From the NCBI GenBank assembly GCA_016186625.1, contig JACPLG010000008.1, positions 147,142-211,141 of the forward strand: a stretch of 64,000 nucleotides of DNA. The letters run 5' to 3'. Below the pieces are notes generated by a model. That model made no database searches. It saw nothing but the letters and a program-made list of their open reading frames with translations, and was not told the DNA's origin. The position numbers and the translations under genes are program-made. The DNA comes from Candidatus Levyibacteriota bacterium. GTDB lineage: Bacteria > Patescibacteriota > Microgenomatia > Levybacterales > UBA12049. Below are positions 37,272 through 47,137 of the stretch, in pieces. Numbering within the stretch: position 1 is the first letter of the stretch; each line of letters begins with the position of its first letter.

Positions 37272-38426
37272 ATGAGAAAAATGTTTAGGTATTTCCTTAT
37301 TGTTTCATTGTTAACGATTGTTGGATTGATTAATCCTATAAATATTAAACACGCACAGGCAATCTACGATCCCCTATCAGTTCCCAACAACAAAATTGGA
37401 ATTCATATTTTGTTTCCTGACGAAATTGACAAAGCAAAAGAACTAATTAATTCAAACGGCGGTGACTGGGGTTATGTGGTTATTCCCATAAGATCTGATG
37501 ATAAAGATTTAGAAAAGTGGCAAAAGTTTATGGATAGGGCAGCGGAGCTTCATATAATTCCTATCATAAGAATTGCCACCCACGGAGATTTTTTTGAATT
37601 ATCATCTTGGAAAAAACCCCAAGACGCAGACATATTAGACTTTGCAAATTTTCTTGATTCGCTTGATTGGCCTGTAAAAAATAGATACGTAATAATTTTT
37701 AATGAAGTGAATAGGTCTGATGAGTGGGAAGGGGAAGCCAACCCTGGGGAGTATGCAAGATTACTTTCCTACGCGGTAATTGTCTTCAAAGCAAAAAACC
37801 CAGACTACTTTATTATTTCAGCAGGCCTTGATAATGCGGCCGAAACTGACGGGGAAACGTATAACCAATTTGATTTCCTGCGTAGTATGAATCAGGAAGT
37901 TGCGGGTATCTTTAACCAGATTGACGGGATATCTTCTCACTCATATCCCAATCCCGCCTTTTCTCAACCTCCCTCAGTCCTAACACCAAAAAGCATATCT
38001 AGCTTTCAGTATGAAATCTCATATATCAGAAAATTCACAAATAAAAGCTTACCAGTTTTTATTACTGAAACAGGTTGGGATCAGACTAAATTTTCCGATC
38101 AGGCCATTTCAAATTTTTTTAAAGAGGCTCTTTATGGAGTTTGGAGCGATCCTTCGGTTGTAACAGTTTCACCGTTTCTTCTTAAAGCGGGAGCAGGGCC
38201 CTTTGAGAAATTCTCTTTTATAAAAGATAGGGATATAGAGAATGGAATTTATAGATCTTTTTTGGAGATTCCTAAGACAAAAGGTATTCCAGGAGAGAGC
38301 ACAAGAAGCGCTATCTTGGGAAATGTTCAGGTTGACATTCCGATAAAGGATTTTTCAGATTCCAACAAAAAAAACAATGACAAAAGCATAAAAAAAGTAA
38401 TAAAGTGGTTTATTCTTGGATTCTAG
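37272..38426 (+). CDS. Exported clan GH-A-like glycoside hydrolase
   Basis: Signal peptide, FNEVN (acid/base), SHSYPN, ITETGW (nucleophile). Confidence 0.7.
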   Translation: MRKMFRYFLIVSLLTIVGLINPINIKHAQAIYDPLSVPNNKIGIHILFPDEIDKAKELINSNGGDWGYVVIPIRSDDKDLEKWQKFMDRAAELHIIPIIRIATHGDFFELSSWKKPQDADILDFANFLDSLDWPVKNRYVIIFNEVNRSDEWEGEANPGEYARLLSYAVIVFKAKNPDYFIISAGLDNAAETDGETYNQFDFLRSMNQEVAGIFNQIDGISSHSYPNPAFSQPPSVLTPKSISSFQYEISYIRKFTNKSLPVFITETGWDQTKFSDQAISNFFKEALYGVWSDPSVVTVSPFLLKAGAGPFEKFSFIKDRDIENGIYRSFLEIPKTKGIPGESTRSAILGNVQVDIPIKDFSDSNKKNNDKSIKKVIKWFILGF

Positions 38427-38453
38427 CTGTGGTATAATTGTCTTTTCTTATTT

Positions 38454-38978
38454 ATGAATCCGACTCTAGATATCTTTAGACTTAAATTTGAAAATATTAC
38501 ACATGGAGTTCTAACCTCTGAGGGCGTATTGGAAATAATAAAAAATTTCCTCGAAGAAGTGCCTGACGGGAAATACAGCCTTGTAATAGGGACTGATTCT
38601 CATGAGAAAAACGGATCAGGCTTGAGTAGTAAAAATATAAGTCTTGTTACTGCTATTATTGTACACAGACGAGGATTTGGCGGAAAATATTTCTGGAACA
38701 AAAAACATGTCTCAAATATTCATTCTCTTCGTGAAAAAATATACGCTGAGACTATGACATCTCTTGATTTTGCGGCAAGTTTTGTGCCGCTTCTTAAGAA
38801 AAACCTCAATGGCCACTCGCCTACTTACAATCTTGAAATTCACATTGATGTAGGAGAGCACGGAGACAGCCGAGATATGATAAAAGAAGTTGTTGGGTTA
38901 GTTACCGGAAACGGCTTTGTAGCCAAAACCAAACCTGAAGCGTATGGTGCTTCATATGTTGCAGACAAACACACCTAG
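38454..38978 (+). CDS. RNase H-like YkuK (DUF458) family protein
   Basis: LVIGTDS, LREKIYAET, LEIHIDVG, KPEAYGASYVADKHT. Confidence 0.9.
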   Translation: MNPTLDIFRLKFENITHGVLTSEGVLEIIKNFLEEVPDGKYSLVIGTDSHEKNGSGLSSKNISLVTAIIVHRRGFGGKYFWNKKHVSNIHSLREKIYAETMTSLDFAASFVPLLKKNLNGHSPTYNLEIHIDVGEHGDSRDMIKEVVGLVTGNGFVAKTKPEAYGASYVADKHT

Positions 38979-38987
38979 TCATTGGTT

Positions 38988-39045
38988 TGTCATCCTGAAC
39001 GTACGTGAAGGATCTTAAAGATTCTTCGTTTCGCTCAGAATGACA
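38988..39045. repeat. TGTCATCCTGA...TCAGAATGACA REP-like palindrome
   Basis: Related copy at 61877-61948. Confidence 0.8.
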
Positions 39046-39453
39046 AAGTGGTTTATGAGAACGAGAAAACTGGAGTGGGAGGATGCCCCTGATGTAAAAA
39101 GAGATATTGTAAAAATCGTTGATGCGCTGGACCTCAACCACATTAGGGCCTCAAGAGTCTTTACCTACAGGACGCAAGGAGGAAGGGCACGAGCATATGC
39201 CAGGACTTGGATGATGCCAAAAATTTTTCAACATGCATTAGGAATTGGTCCGGCATATGTTATTGAAGTTTTGACCAGATATTACGACAGACTAAGCGAG
39301 GATGAAAAATCAAAGGTTTTAATTCATGAACTGCTCCACATTCCAAAAAACTTCTCAGGGACTCTTTTATCTCATCGCGGAAGGTCAAGACATATAGGTA
39401 GAGATGCTAACGCCCTTTTTAAAGAATATAAAAGTAAAGTGTCAAATCGATAA
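39040..39453 (+). CDS. Putative HExxH metallopeptidase
   Basis: AYARTW, YVIEV, VLIHELLHIPKNFSG. Confidence 0.75.
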   Translation: MTKWFMRTRKLEWEDAPDVKRDIVKIVDALDLNHIRASRVFTYRTQGGRARAYARTWMMPKIFQHALGIGPAYVIEVLTRYYDRLSEDEKSKVLIHELLHIPKNFSGTLLSHRGRSRHIGRDANALFKEYKSKVSNR

Positions 39454-39460
39454 AATTTGA

Positions 39461-40393
39461 ATGCCAAGAGGAAATGCAAAGTTAAGAATCAGCATTGGAG
39501 TCACCTCATTTAATGAGGAACAAAACATCGAAAGACTTATTCATTCTCTTCTTTTTCAAAAATTAAAATCTTCATCCATTTCTGAAATTTTGGTGGTATC
39601 TAGTGGATCAACGGATCAAACAAATAGCATTATAAAAAAAATACATAAAAAGAATCCAAAGGTAAAACTAATTACGCAAAAAAAGCGTCTTGGGAAGGCA
39701 TCAGCTGTGAACTTATTTCTTACTTCTGCAAAAGAAGATGTAGTAATTCTTTCAAGCGCCGATCTTCTAATTCCCTCTGACACGATCGAAAAAATGATAA
39801 AGCCTTTTAAAAGTAAGGATATTGGAATTGTGGGTTCCCGACCTATCCCAGTCAATGATCCGAAAACTTTCTTTGGATTCGCATCTCATCTTATTTGGGA
39901 TCTTCATCACCATATTTCGTTGAACAGCTCTAAAATGGGTGAATTTATTGCCTTTAGAAAAATTTTCAAAAGAATTCCAGTAACTTCAGCAGTGGACGAA
40001 GCAAGTATTGAGGCTTTGATTCGAGGACAAGGATACAAGGCATATTATGTTTCAAATGCAAGAGTTTACAATAAGGGCGCAGAGAATTTAAGAGAATTTA
40101 TTGCAAGAAGAAGACGTATATATGCCGGGCATCTGGAAACCAAGAACAAATACAGCTATAAAGTATCTACTATAAGTAACTCTAAGATATTGTTAGCGCT
40201 TCTTAAAAATTTTAAATTTACAAGAAGATTCATTATTTGGACACCTTTAGTAATAGCTCTTGAAATACTAAGTAGATTTCTTGGTTTAATTGATTATAAA
40301 TTTTATCCTAAGAAACATACTGTATGGAAAATAACGCCAAGCACAAAGACCTTAATAAATAGACAAACTCTAGAAAGAAAAAGATATACGTAA
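39461..40393 (+). CDS. Glycosyltransferase family 2
   Basis: FNEEQNI, GSTD, GKASAVN, RRRIYAG. Confidence 0.88.
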   Translation: MPRGNAKLRISIGVTSFNEEQNIERLIHSLLFQKLKSSSISEILVVSSGSTDQTNSIIKKIHKKNPKVKLITQKKRLGKASAVNLFLTSAKEDVVILSSADLLIPSDTIEKMIKPFKSKDIGIVGSRPIPVNDPKTFFGFASHLIWDLHHHISLNSSKMGEFIAFRKIFKRIPVTSAVDEASIEALIRGQGYKAYYVSNARVYNKGAENLREFIARRRRIYAGHLETKNKYSYKVSTISNSKILLALLKNFKFTRRFIIWTPLVIALEILSRFLGLIDYKFYPKKHTVWKITPSTKTLINRQTLERKRYT

Positions 40394-40397
40394 CAAA

Positions 40398-41003
40398 CTA
40401 CCGTTTTTTAAAGCCGAGATCCTTTTGTTGTTTTTTTACAGTTAATTTTACTTCTATCTCTTCAAATCCTCCAAACCAATATGACCATAATCTTTCACAT
40501 AACTCTTGAGAAGTTCTATTTAGATTTGCGATGTAGGTTAATGTTGTACTTATGAGTCTTGGAATTCGAGAATTATTATCTGTGGTAACATAATTTAGCT
40601 TGATCTCGTCCAGGGCAAAATTTGACGTGGTATAAAAAGACCATTTAGAATCTTGCGAAAAATAATCAGTAAACATCCGAATACTTAGACCCCGCTTGTG
40701 AGTAGGATCAATCCATACAGTACTGTTGCAGGAACAATGAGGACCACGGATATATACTTTACAATTGTTCTTCCCAATTCTATATATCTCATTCATAACT
40801 TTTATGAGGTCGTCAACATGTTCTAAGATGTGATAGCAGTAGATCTTGTCATATGTATTAGTTTTTATGGGATATGGAAATTTATTTGCGTCATGGACAA
40901 TTTGTACTGTTGGAAGGGGTAAAACATCCATTCCGTCGGCGTTTGGGATCTTACTAAGTCCGCAACCTATATCTAGCGCCTTTATTTTTCTCATTAAAAT
41001 CAA
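40398..41003 (-). CDS. Class I SAM-dependent methyltransferase
   Basis: LDIGCG, HILEHV, DPTHKR. Confidence 0.85.
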   Translation of the reverse strand: MILMRKIKALDIGCGLSKIPNADGMDVLPLPTVQIVHDANKFPYPIKTNTYDKIYCYHILEHVDDLIKVMNEIYRIGKNNCKVYIRGPHCSCNSTVWIDPTHKRGLSIRMFTDYFSQDSKWSFYTTSNFALDEIKLNYVTTDNNSRIPRLISTTLTYIANLNRTSQELCERLWSYWFGGFEEIEVKLTVKKQQKDLGFKKR

Positions 41004-41044
41004 TATAGTATAACAAAAAAATAACTGTAGTTTTCAAAAAATCA

Positions 41045-41986
41045 ATGATTAAAAGAACTTTCAAAAAAGTAGGAGTAGTAATTGTTACATACAATTCAGA
41101 GAAATACATTAGGATGTGTTTGAAGTCAATACAAAGCAACTCCTATCCTAATTTTGAAACACTTGCTGTTGATAATTCCTCACAAGACAAAACAGCGCAG
41201 GTAATTAAAAAAGGATTTAAGAAGGTTGGATTTATTGAAAATAAAAAAAATTTGGGTTTTTCGGCAGCTAATAACATAGGAATAAAATATCTTCTTAATA
41301 AGAAATGTGACTATATTCTTCTTATTAATCCCGACACAGTCTCATCCCCCACTTTGATTGAAAAGCTTGTAAATTCATTTGAAATAAATAAAAAAATAGC
41401 AGTTGCGGGTTGTATCATAACCTATGCGAAAGATCGTAAAAAAATCTGGTTTGGAGGAGGGTATTTCAATAATTTTTTTTGTTATTCAAGACATAAATAC
41501 ATGAATAAGTCTCTTAAAAATGTTGAGATTAAATCAGGATACGTTGATTTTATAACCGGTGCATGCATGATGATAGACTCAAAGATATTTAAAAAAATGG
41601 GATTTTTGCCGGAAGATTATTTTTTATATTTTGAAGACTTATTTTTTTGTCAAAAAATAAAAGAGAAAGGATTTTTGTGCTATCTCTTAGCTCTTCCTCT
41701 TGCCTATCATTATGTTTCTACCTCAACAGGAGTAGCCCAAACAAATATTATGAGTCCACTTCGCGCTTACTTTTTTGCTCGAAATCCAATAATTTATATT
41801 AAAAAAAATGTAAAAGGATTCCGAAAAATTACAAATTTAGCCGGACAATTTTTGATCAGACTCCCCTTTTATGCATTCAAAATTATTTTTCAAAAAGAAA
41901 AAACCAGACCTTTTTTTTACTACTGTAGGGGAATTTTTGATGGGATACTTGGTAAATCTCCTAATCCAGTCCTAAATAATCGTTGA
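41045..41986 (+). CDS. Glycosyltransferase family 2 (WbbL/rhamnosyltransferase-like)
   Basis: VIVTYNS, VDNSS.D, NLGFSAANNIG, LINPD, GACMM, YFLYFED. Confidence 0.9.
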   Translation: MIKRTFKKVGVVIVTYNSEKYIRMCLKSIQSNSYPNFETLAVDNSSQDKTAQVIKKGFKKVGFIENKKNLGFSAANNIGIKYLLNKKCDYILLINPDTVSSPTLIEKLVNSFEINKKIAVAGCIITYAKDRKKIWFGGGYFNNFFCYSRHKYMNKSLKNVEIKSGYVDFITGACMMIDSKIFKKMGFLPEDYFLYFEDLFFCQKIKEKGFLCYLLALPLAYHYVSTSTGVAQTNIMSPLRAYFFARNPIIYIKKNVKGFRKITNLAGQFLIRLPFYAFKIIFQKEKTRPFFYYCRGIFDGILGKSPNPVLNNR

Positions 41987-43947
41987 TATTCAAATTTAAG
42001 ATCGTTAATTTCTTTCTGAGACGCTCCGCACTTTGAATATACCATCATAAGTATAGAATAAAATCGTCTGTTAATGGGATTTAACTTAATTCCCTTTTTG
42101 ATATTATCAATTGAACTTTCACAGTCATTTTCGAGGTTTAAATTGAGAACTCCGAGCTTTATATAAGCTGTTGAATATGAATTATCAGTTTTGACTGCTT
42201 CTCTAAAAAAGTTTATCGCTAAATTCGGATCTTGATAGTAATCATTAAGAATTGTGCCTACACTGGTAAAACCGAAAGAGTATGTTCTAGTGATACTGGG
42301 AGTAATCAAGTTTTGCTCTGAAGGAAGAAGGGTCTCTCTTTGCGAAATATGGAGTTTTTCTATATTTTCACCAACTGAGGTAATGTACTCATCTTTTTGA
42401 GGGATGTTCTTTTTATCAATAACCTCATAATAAATCCCTCTTGGAATAAAAAATAGATTGGTATCATAAGTTTCAAAAAAGAATGTTGAAAAGAAGCGTT
42501 GTTTTTTAATTATTTCCGGAAGTTTTATCTTTAGTGCGTCTTCTTGGGTAAATTTAGTATCAAGATTTTTTTCAAGAAATTCCTGATATAACTTTTTTTG
42601 AAAATAGTCGTTCCCTGCTCCTTTATTGTTGACTATTGTGACGTCAGGCCGAAAACCTAATACGAAGTGTACATACCAGCTGTTAAAAGTGTTTGAATCC
42701 GCATGAAGTAGTATTATCGCGTCTTGAGGAAGTGCGGATAAAAGATCAAGCCCCAGGTTATTTCCAATATTTGTTTTTGATAAATTGTTTTTTTCAAAAT
42801 TGTAAAAAAGCATTTGAGCGGGAACAATCAAAAAAACCATGAGAAAAATAGTTGGATCAATTTTTTTTGGTACTAATCGCTTGGTAATATTTCGAACAAA
42901 TAAAAATCCGTATGGTAAAAAAAATAAAAAAACTACAAATGACTCCATGTAAAATCTTTCAATAACCCCAAGCGAATCTGCATCAACAATTGGAGGTACA
43001 ATATAAAATATAAAGATCGGTCCTGAAACCAAAACAGCTGAAATCAGACTAATAAACTTTAATTTGTTGTCATTAATTAGGTAGAAAATTCCTCCGATGC
43101 AGATTAGTACAATTAAAATTGAATAATTGCTAAGAATTGAAGTGAAGTAAAAATCGAGTATTGGCAGCCTTTCAGAAATAGTTAAAACGCCTTTGGTAAA
43201 AGTCACATAATCCCCTCTTGTAACTAAATGAATAAAGTTTTGAAGATTTGAAGCATTATCCCAGTTAACAACCGGGTTTCTTGAAGCCGCAACCGGCACA
43301 TAAATGTACGGAGTAAGACCTAATATAAAGAAAAGAAATGACTTTAAAATTACTCTAAATTCTTTAATTAATTTTTTAAGAGATGGCAGAAAGAGGAGGA
43401 AAAGGGAGGGGAAAATTAAAATTATCTGATGCTGGTTTGTTACAGATAAACCTATCAAAAAAGATGAAATATATAGAAACTTTTTTTGCTTTGTTTCATA
43501 AAATCTTATAGCAAAATAAAAAAGTGCAGTTATAAAGAAATTGTTAAGAGCAAAAACTTCCGGGATTTCCGCAAAAAACCAAAACATATAAGAAAACGCA
43601 AGAATTGAGGTTGACAATAGGGCAATAAAAAAACTCTTAGTTTCCCTTTTGCAAAATTTATAGAAGAAAATAAGCGCTAGAAGTGATGATATTACTGATA
43701 TTAGAGCCACTTTACTTACCGGAGGAATCATTAACGGAAGGTGTGACAGAATAAATCCGGAAAAAGAAAATAGCGGGTATCCGGGAGGGTGTGGGACTCC
43801 AAATACAAAAGAAGCAGTTACAAGGTCACCTATATCCCCACTATAAATGTCTCTTGTAACATTGTTGAGATATACTAATGATGTAAAAATAAAAAAGGAG
43901 ACGAGAATTATTTTTTTCAGCAAGATTTGATTAACTCTGCCCATCAA
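41920..43947 (-). CDS. DUF2723 / TMEM260-like membrane glycosyltransferase with C-terminal TPR
   Basis: GDIGDL...GVPHPPGYPL, EVFAL, NW...F..L..RGDY, TPR-like helices. Confidence 0.85.
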   Translation of the reverse strand: MMGRVNQILLKKIILVSFFIFTSLVYLNNVTRDIYSGDIGDLVTASFVFGVPHPPGYPLFSFSGFILSHLPLMIPPVSKVALISVISSLLALIFFYKFCKRETKSFFIALLSTSILAFSYMFWFFAEIPEVFALNNFFITALFYFAIRFYETKQKKFLYISSFLIGLSVTNQHQIILIFPSLFLLFLPSLKKLIKEFRVILKSFLFFILGLTPYIYVPVAASRNPVVNWDNASNLQNFIHLVTRGDYVTFTKGVLTISERLPILDFYFTSILSNYSILIVLICIGGIFYLINDNKLKFISLISAVLVSGPIFIFYIVPPIVDADSLGVIERFYMESFVVFLFFLPYGFLFVRNITKRLVPKKIDPTIFLMVFLIVPAQMLFYNFEKNNLSKTNIGNNLGLDLLSALPQDAIILLHADSNTFNSWYVHFVLGFRPDVTIVNNKGAGNDYFQKKLYQEFLEKNLDTKFTQEDALKIKLPEIIKKQRFFSTFFFETYDTNLFFIPRGIYYEVIDKKNIPQKDEYITSVGENIEKLHISQRETLLPSEQNLITPSITRTYSFGFTSVGTILNDYYQDPNLAINFFREAVKTDNSYSTAYIKLGVLNLNLENDCESSIDNIKKGIKLNPINRRFYSILMMVYSKCGASQKEINDLKFEYQRLFRTGLGDLPSIPSKIPLQ

Positions 43948-43984
43948 TTTCTATAATACCTACTTGGAGTGGTAAAATACAATT

Positions 43985-44662
43985 ATGGTAACAGTTGTTC
44001 ACGGTTCTGATCAGATCTCATCAAGAAACTTTTTTTTAGAACAAAAAGATAAAGATTCATTAACATTTGATGCTGAAAATATTAATGTAGTGGATCTTGA
44101 GCAGTCTCTTCAAGGGGGAGGATTATTTGGTGCAACGACTAAAGTTTTTATTGAAAACCTATTTACCAAAAAAGGTCTCAAAAGCCTAGAAGATGTCGCT
44201 GAAGTTATCAATAAATCGAAAAATGCTGACATTTACCTTTGGGCCGATAGAGAGCAGGGAGTGAAAAATCTTTCTGCTTTTCCTAAATACCTGAACCAAA
44301 ACTTCAAAATTCCCCAAAATATCTGGCTTTTCCTTGATGGGATAAGACCTCATAATCCAGATAATGTTTTGCATTTTCATGAAACAATTTTAACGACCGA
44401 GCCTGAGATTGTTTTTGCAATGGTTATAAGACAATTCCGACTGATGTTGGGCCTGATGGAAAATTCAGACAATACAATTGATGAAGTAAAAAGACTTGCA
44501 CCGTGGCAAAGAGGAAAACTTACAAGGCAAGCTTCTATCTTTGGTTTGGAAAAACTTAAAAAAACATACAAAAAACTCTATAAAATTGACAAGTCTCAAA
44601 AAACCGGAACATCCAAATTAAGTCTTACCCAGAATATTGACATTCTGATGCTTGAAATATAA
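43985..44662 (+). CDS. holA: DNA polymerase III delta subunit (short form)
   Basis: MVIRQFRLM, PWQRGKLTRQA, LYKIDKSQKTG. Confidence 0.8.
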   Translation: MVTVVHGSDQISSRNFFLEQKDKDSLTFDAENINVVDLEQSLQGGGLFGATTKVFIENLFTKKGLKSLEDVAEVINKSKNADIYLWADREQGVKNLSAFPKYLNQNFKIPQNIWLFLDGIRPHNPDNVLHFHETILTTEPEIVFAMVIRQFRLMLGLMENSDNTIDEVKRLAPWQRGKLTRQASIFGLEKLKKTYKKLYKIDKSQKTGTSKLSLTQNIDILMLEI

Positions 44663-44671
44663 GATACTTTT

Positions 44672-46066
44672 ATGCCGAAGCTAAAACGAACAATGTTTCG
44701 GGAGTATGATCTCCGCGGAAAGGAATCTGATGACGAGTTAAATGACTCGTCAATGTATTTTATCGGCAGGGGTTTTGGTACATTTCTTCGAAAAAGAAAT
44801 ATTGACACCGCAATCGTTGGCCACGATGCAAGAGGTACTTCAGAAAGCTTTCATGCAAATGCAATAAAGGGATTAACGCAGTGTGGAATTGATGTAATTG
44901 ATATTGGAACAGTAACAACCCCTATGGGGTATTGGGCACAATATTTTTTAAAAGTGAAAGGACTAGTAACCGTTACCGCATCTCACAATCCTGTTGGATG
45001 GAATGGTGTAAAACTTGGATCAGACCTTTCCTATACGCTTCTTACAGATGAACTTGTGGAAGTTTACAATACTATTGAAAAAGAAGAGTTTGAAAATGGC
45101 AATGGTACTGTTACAAAAAAAGAGATACTTGAAGACTACATAAAAGACCTTTTGTCTCGTGCGAAAATCACAAAAAAATTCAGGATTTTGGTAAATACGG
45201 GCAATGGCACTGCTGGGATTCTAATGCCAGAGCTTTTGAGAAGAGCGGGATGTGATGTTGTTGAGCATTTTACGAACATTGATCCCACTTATCCTAACTA
45301 CACTGCAAATCCTGACGGAACGGCCATGATGGAAGACACAGGTAAGCAAACTGTTGCTAATAAATGCGATTTAGGTATGGCATTTGATGGGGATTGTGAT
45401 AGGCTTGGCTTAACAGATGAGAAAGGAAATACTATTTGGCCTGATAGATATATAATACTGCTATCTCGATTAGTTCTATCTAAAAAACCTGGGGCAAAAA
45501 TTGTTTTTGACGTTAAAGTCTCAGAAGCGCTGCCAGAAGATATTAAAGCTCATGGGGGCGTACCAATTATGTGGAAAACAGGACATTCTTATATAAAGTC
45601 AAAGCTTGCTGAAGAAAAAGCAGCTATGGCAGGAGAAATGTCAGGACACATATTTTTTGTTGAAGATTTCTATGGATTTGATGATGGGGCATTTGCAGCA
45701 CTAAAAATGCTTGAATATCTTTCTACTCAAGATAAACCACTGTCTGAAATAGTTGCCGGGACACCCTATTATGTTTCAACACCAACGATTCAAGTAAAGG
45801 CTACGGATGAAGACAAATATAAAATTGTTGAAGATCTTACAAAAGAGTTTAAAGACGACGGGTATAAAGTAGTCGACATTAATGGAGCCAGAGTGTATTT
45901 TGGCGACGGATGGGGTTTGGTTCGTGCTTCTTCCAATACTCCGACACTTGTTTTAAGATTTGAATCAAAAACACAGGAAGGCTTAGACAGAATTCAAAAA
46001 TTGTTTAAAGAAAAACTTGATAAATTTGACGTAGTTAGTAAAGATTGGGATACTTCAGGTCACTGA
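44672..46066 (+). CDS. Phosphomannomutase/phosphoglucomutase
   Basis: FREYDLRG, TASHNP, FDGDCDR, GEMSGH, RASSNTP. Confidence 0.95.
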   Translation: MPKLKRTMFREYDLRGKESDDELNDSSMYFIGRGFGTFLRKRNIDTAIVGHDARGTSESFHANAIKGLTQCGIDVIDIGTVTTPMGYWAQYFLKVKGLVTVTASHNPVGWNGVKLGSDLSYTLLTDELVEVYNTIEKEEFENGNGTVTKKEILEDYIKDLLSRAKITKKFRILVNTGNGTAGILMPELLRRAGCDVVEHFTNIDPTYPNYTANPDGTAMMEDTGKQTVANKCDLGMAFDGDCDRLGLTDEKGNTIWPDRYIILLSRLVLSKKPGAKIVFDVKVSEALPEDIKAHGGVPIMWKTGHSYIKSKLAEEKAAMAGEMSGHIFFVEDFYGFDDGAFAALKMLEYLSTQDKPLSEIVAGTPYYVSTPTIQVKATDEDKYKIVEDLTKEFKDDGYKVVDINGARVYFGDGWGLVRASSNTPTLVLRFESKTQEGLDRIQKLFKEKLDKFDVVSKDWDTSGH

Positions 46067-46067
46067 T

Positions 46068-47111
46068 ATGATTGATTTAAATAACCCAAAAACTTTCAAA
46101 CATTTGGATCCAAAAGATGTTTTTGGTTCAACTGGTTTGCTTGCAGATCAAGTCAAACAAGTAGTATCGGATTTCAAATCTATAAATGCGCCCGAAGATT
46201 ATAAAAAAATTGACAACATTGTTATTTCAGGAATGGGAGGATCTGCATATGGCGGACATGTTGCTTCCTCTCTTCTCAAAGACCAGCTTTCAGTCCCTCT
46301 TTACGTAAATAATAATTACACGCTCCCTGAGTTTGTTAACGAACAAAGTTTGGTCATCTTAATCAGTTATTCAGGCTCAACAGAAGAAACATTAGCGTCA
46401 GTAGAAGATGCAAAAAATAGAGGAGCTAAGATTTCAGGACTCACAAGCGGTGGGAAACTCGCAGAGTCGTTAAAGGAATACTCCAGTTTTTACTATATTT
46501 TTGATCCCAAAAATAACCCTTCAGGCCAACCCAGACTTGGAACTGGGTACACTGTTTTTGGAACACTCTCAATAATAAATAAGCTTGGATTTTGTTCGGA
46601 TATTAATGAACAAGTAAATGAAGGAATTATAGAACTTGAAAATAATTCTGAAAATATTAAAAAAAAGTCTATTTCGCTTGCCAAAAAAATTCAGGGAAAC
46701 ATTCCGGTTATTTTTACCGCAGATTTTCTAGAAGGAAACTCCCATATCATTAGAAATCAATTTAACGAAACTAGCAAATCTTTCTCAAGCTTCTCCCCTG
46801 TTCCAGAGCTAAACCACCATTTGATGGAAGGACTTAAATATCCAAATGATAAGAAATTAACAATCCTCTTTCTCGACTCAGATTTGTACCCTCCCATAAT
46901 AAGGAAACGAATTAGACTTACTCAAGATGTTGTTTCGAAAAATAATATCCCTTTCGAAACCTATTCACCTTCCGGTAGCTCAAAACTTTCTCAAGTACTT
47001 GATGTTTTGTCGCTCGGAGGATATCTCACGTTTTATCTTGGAATTTTATATAACGAAGATCCAAGTTTAATTCCTTGGGTAGATTACTTCAAAGCGGAGC
47101 TTGCGAAATAA
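46068..47111 (+). CDS. Bifunctional phosphoglucose/phosphomannose isomerase (SIS domains)
   Basis: GMGGSA, SYSGSTEET, TSGG, QPR, NE..K, PELNHH. Confidence 0.9.
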   Translation: MIDLNNPKTFKHLDPKDVFGSTGLLADQVKQVVSDFKSINAPEDYKKIDNIVISGMGGSAYGGHVASSLLKDQLSVPLYVNNNYTLPEFVNEQSLVILISYSGSTEETLASVEDAKNRGAKISGLTSGGKLAESLKEYSSFYYIFDPKNNPSGQPRLGTGYTVFGTLSIINKLGFCSDINEQVNEGIIELENNSENIKKKSISLAKKIQGNIPVIFTADFLEGNSHIIRNQFNETSKSFSSFSPVPELNHHLMEGLKYPNDKKLTILFLDSDLYPPIIRKRIRLTQDVVSKNNIPFETYSPSGSSKLSQVLDVLSLGGYLTFYLGILYNEDPSLIPWVDYFKAELAK

Positions 47112-47137
47112 GTTCATACCTCACTATAATATAGGCA

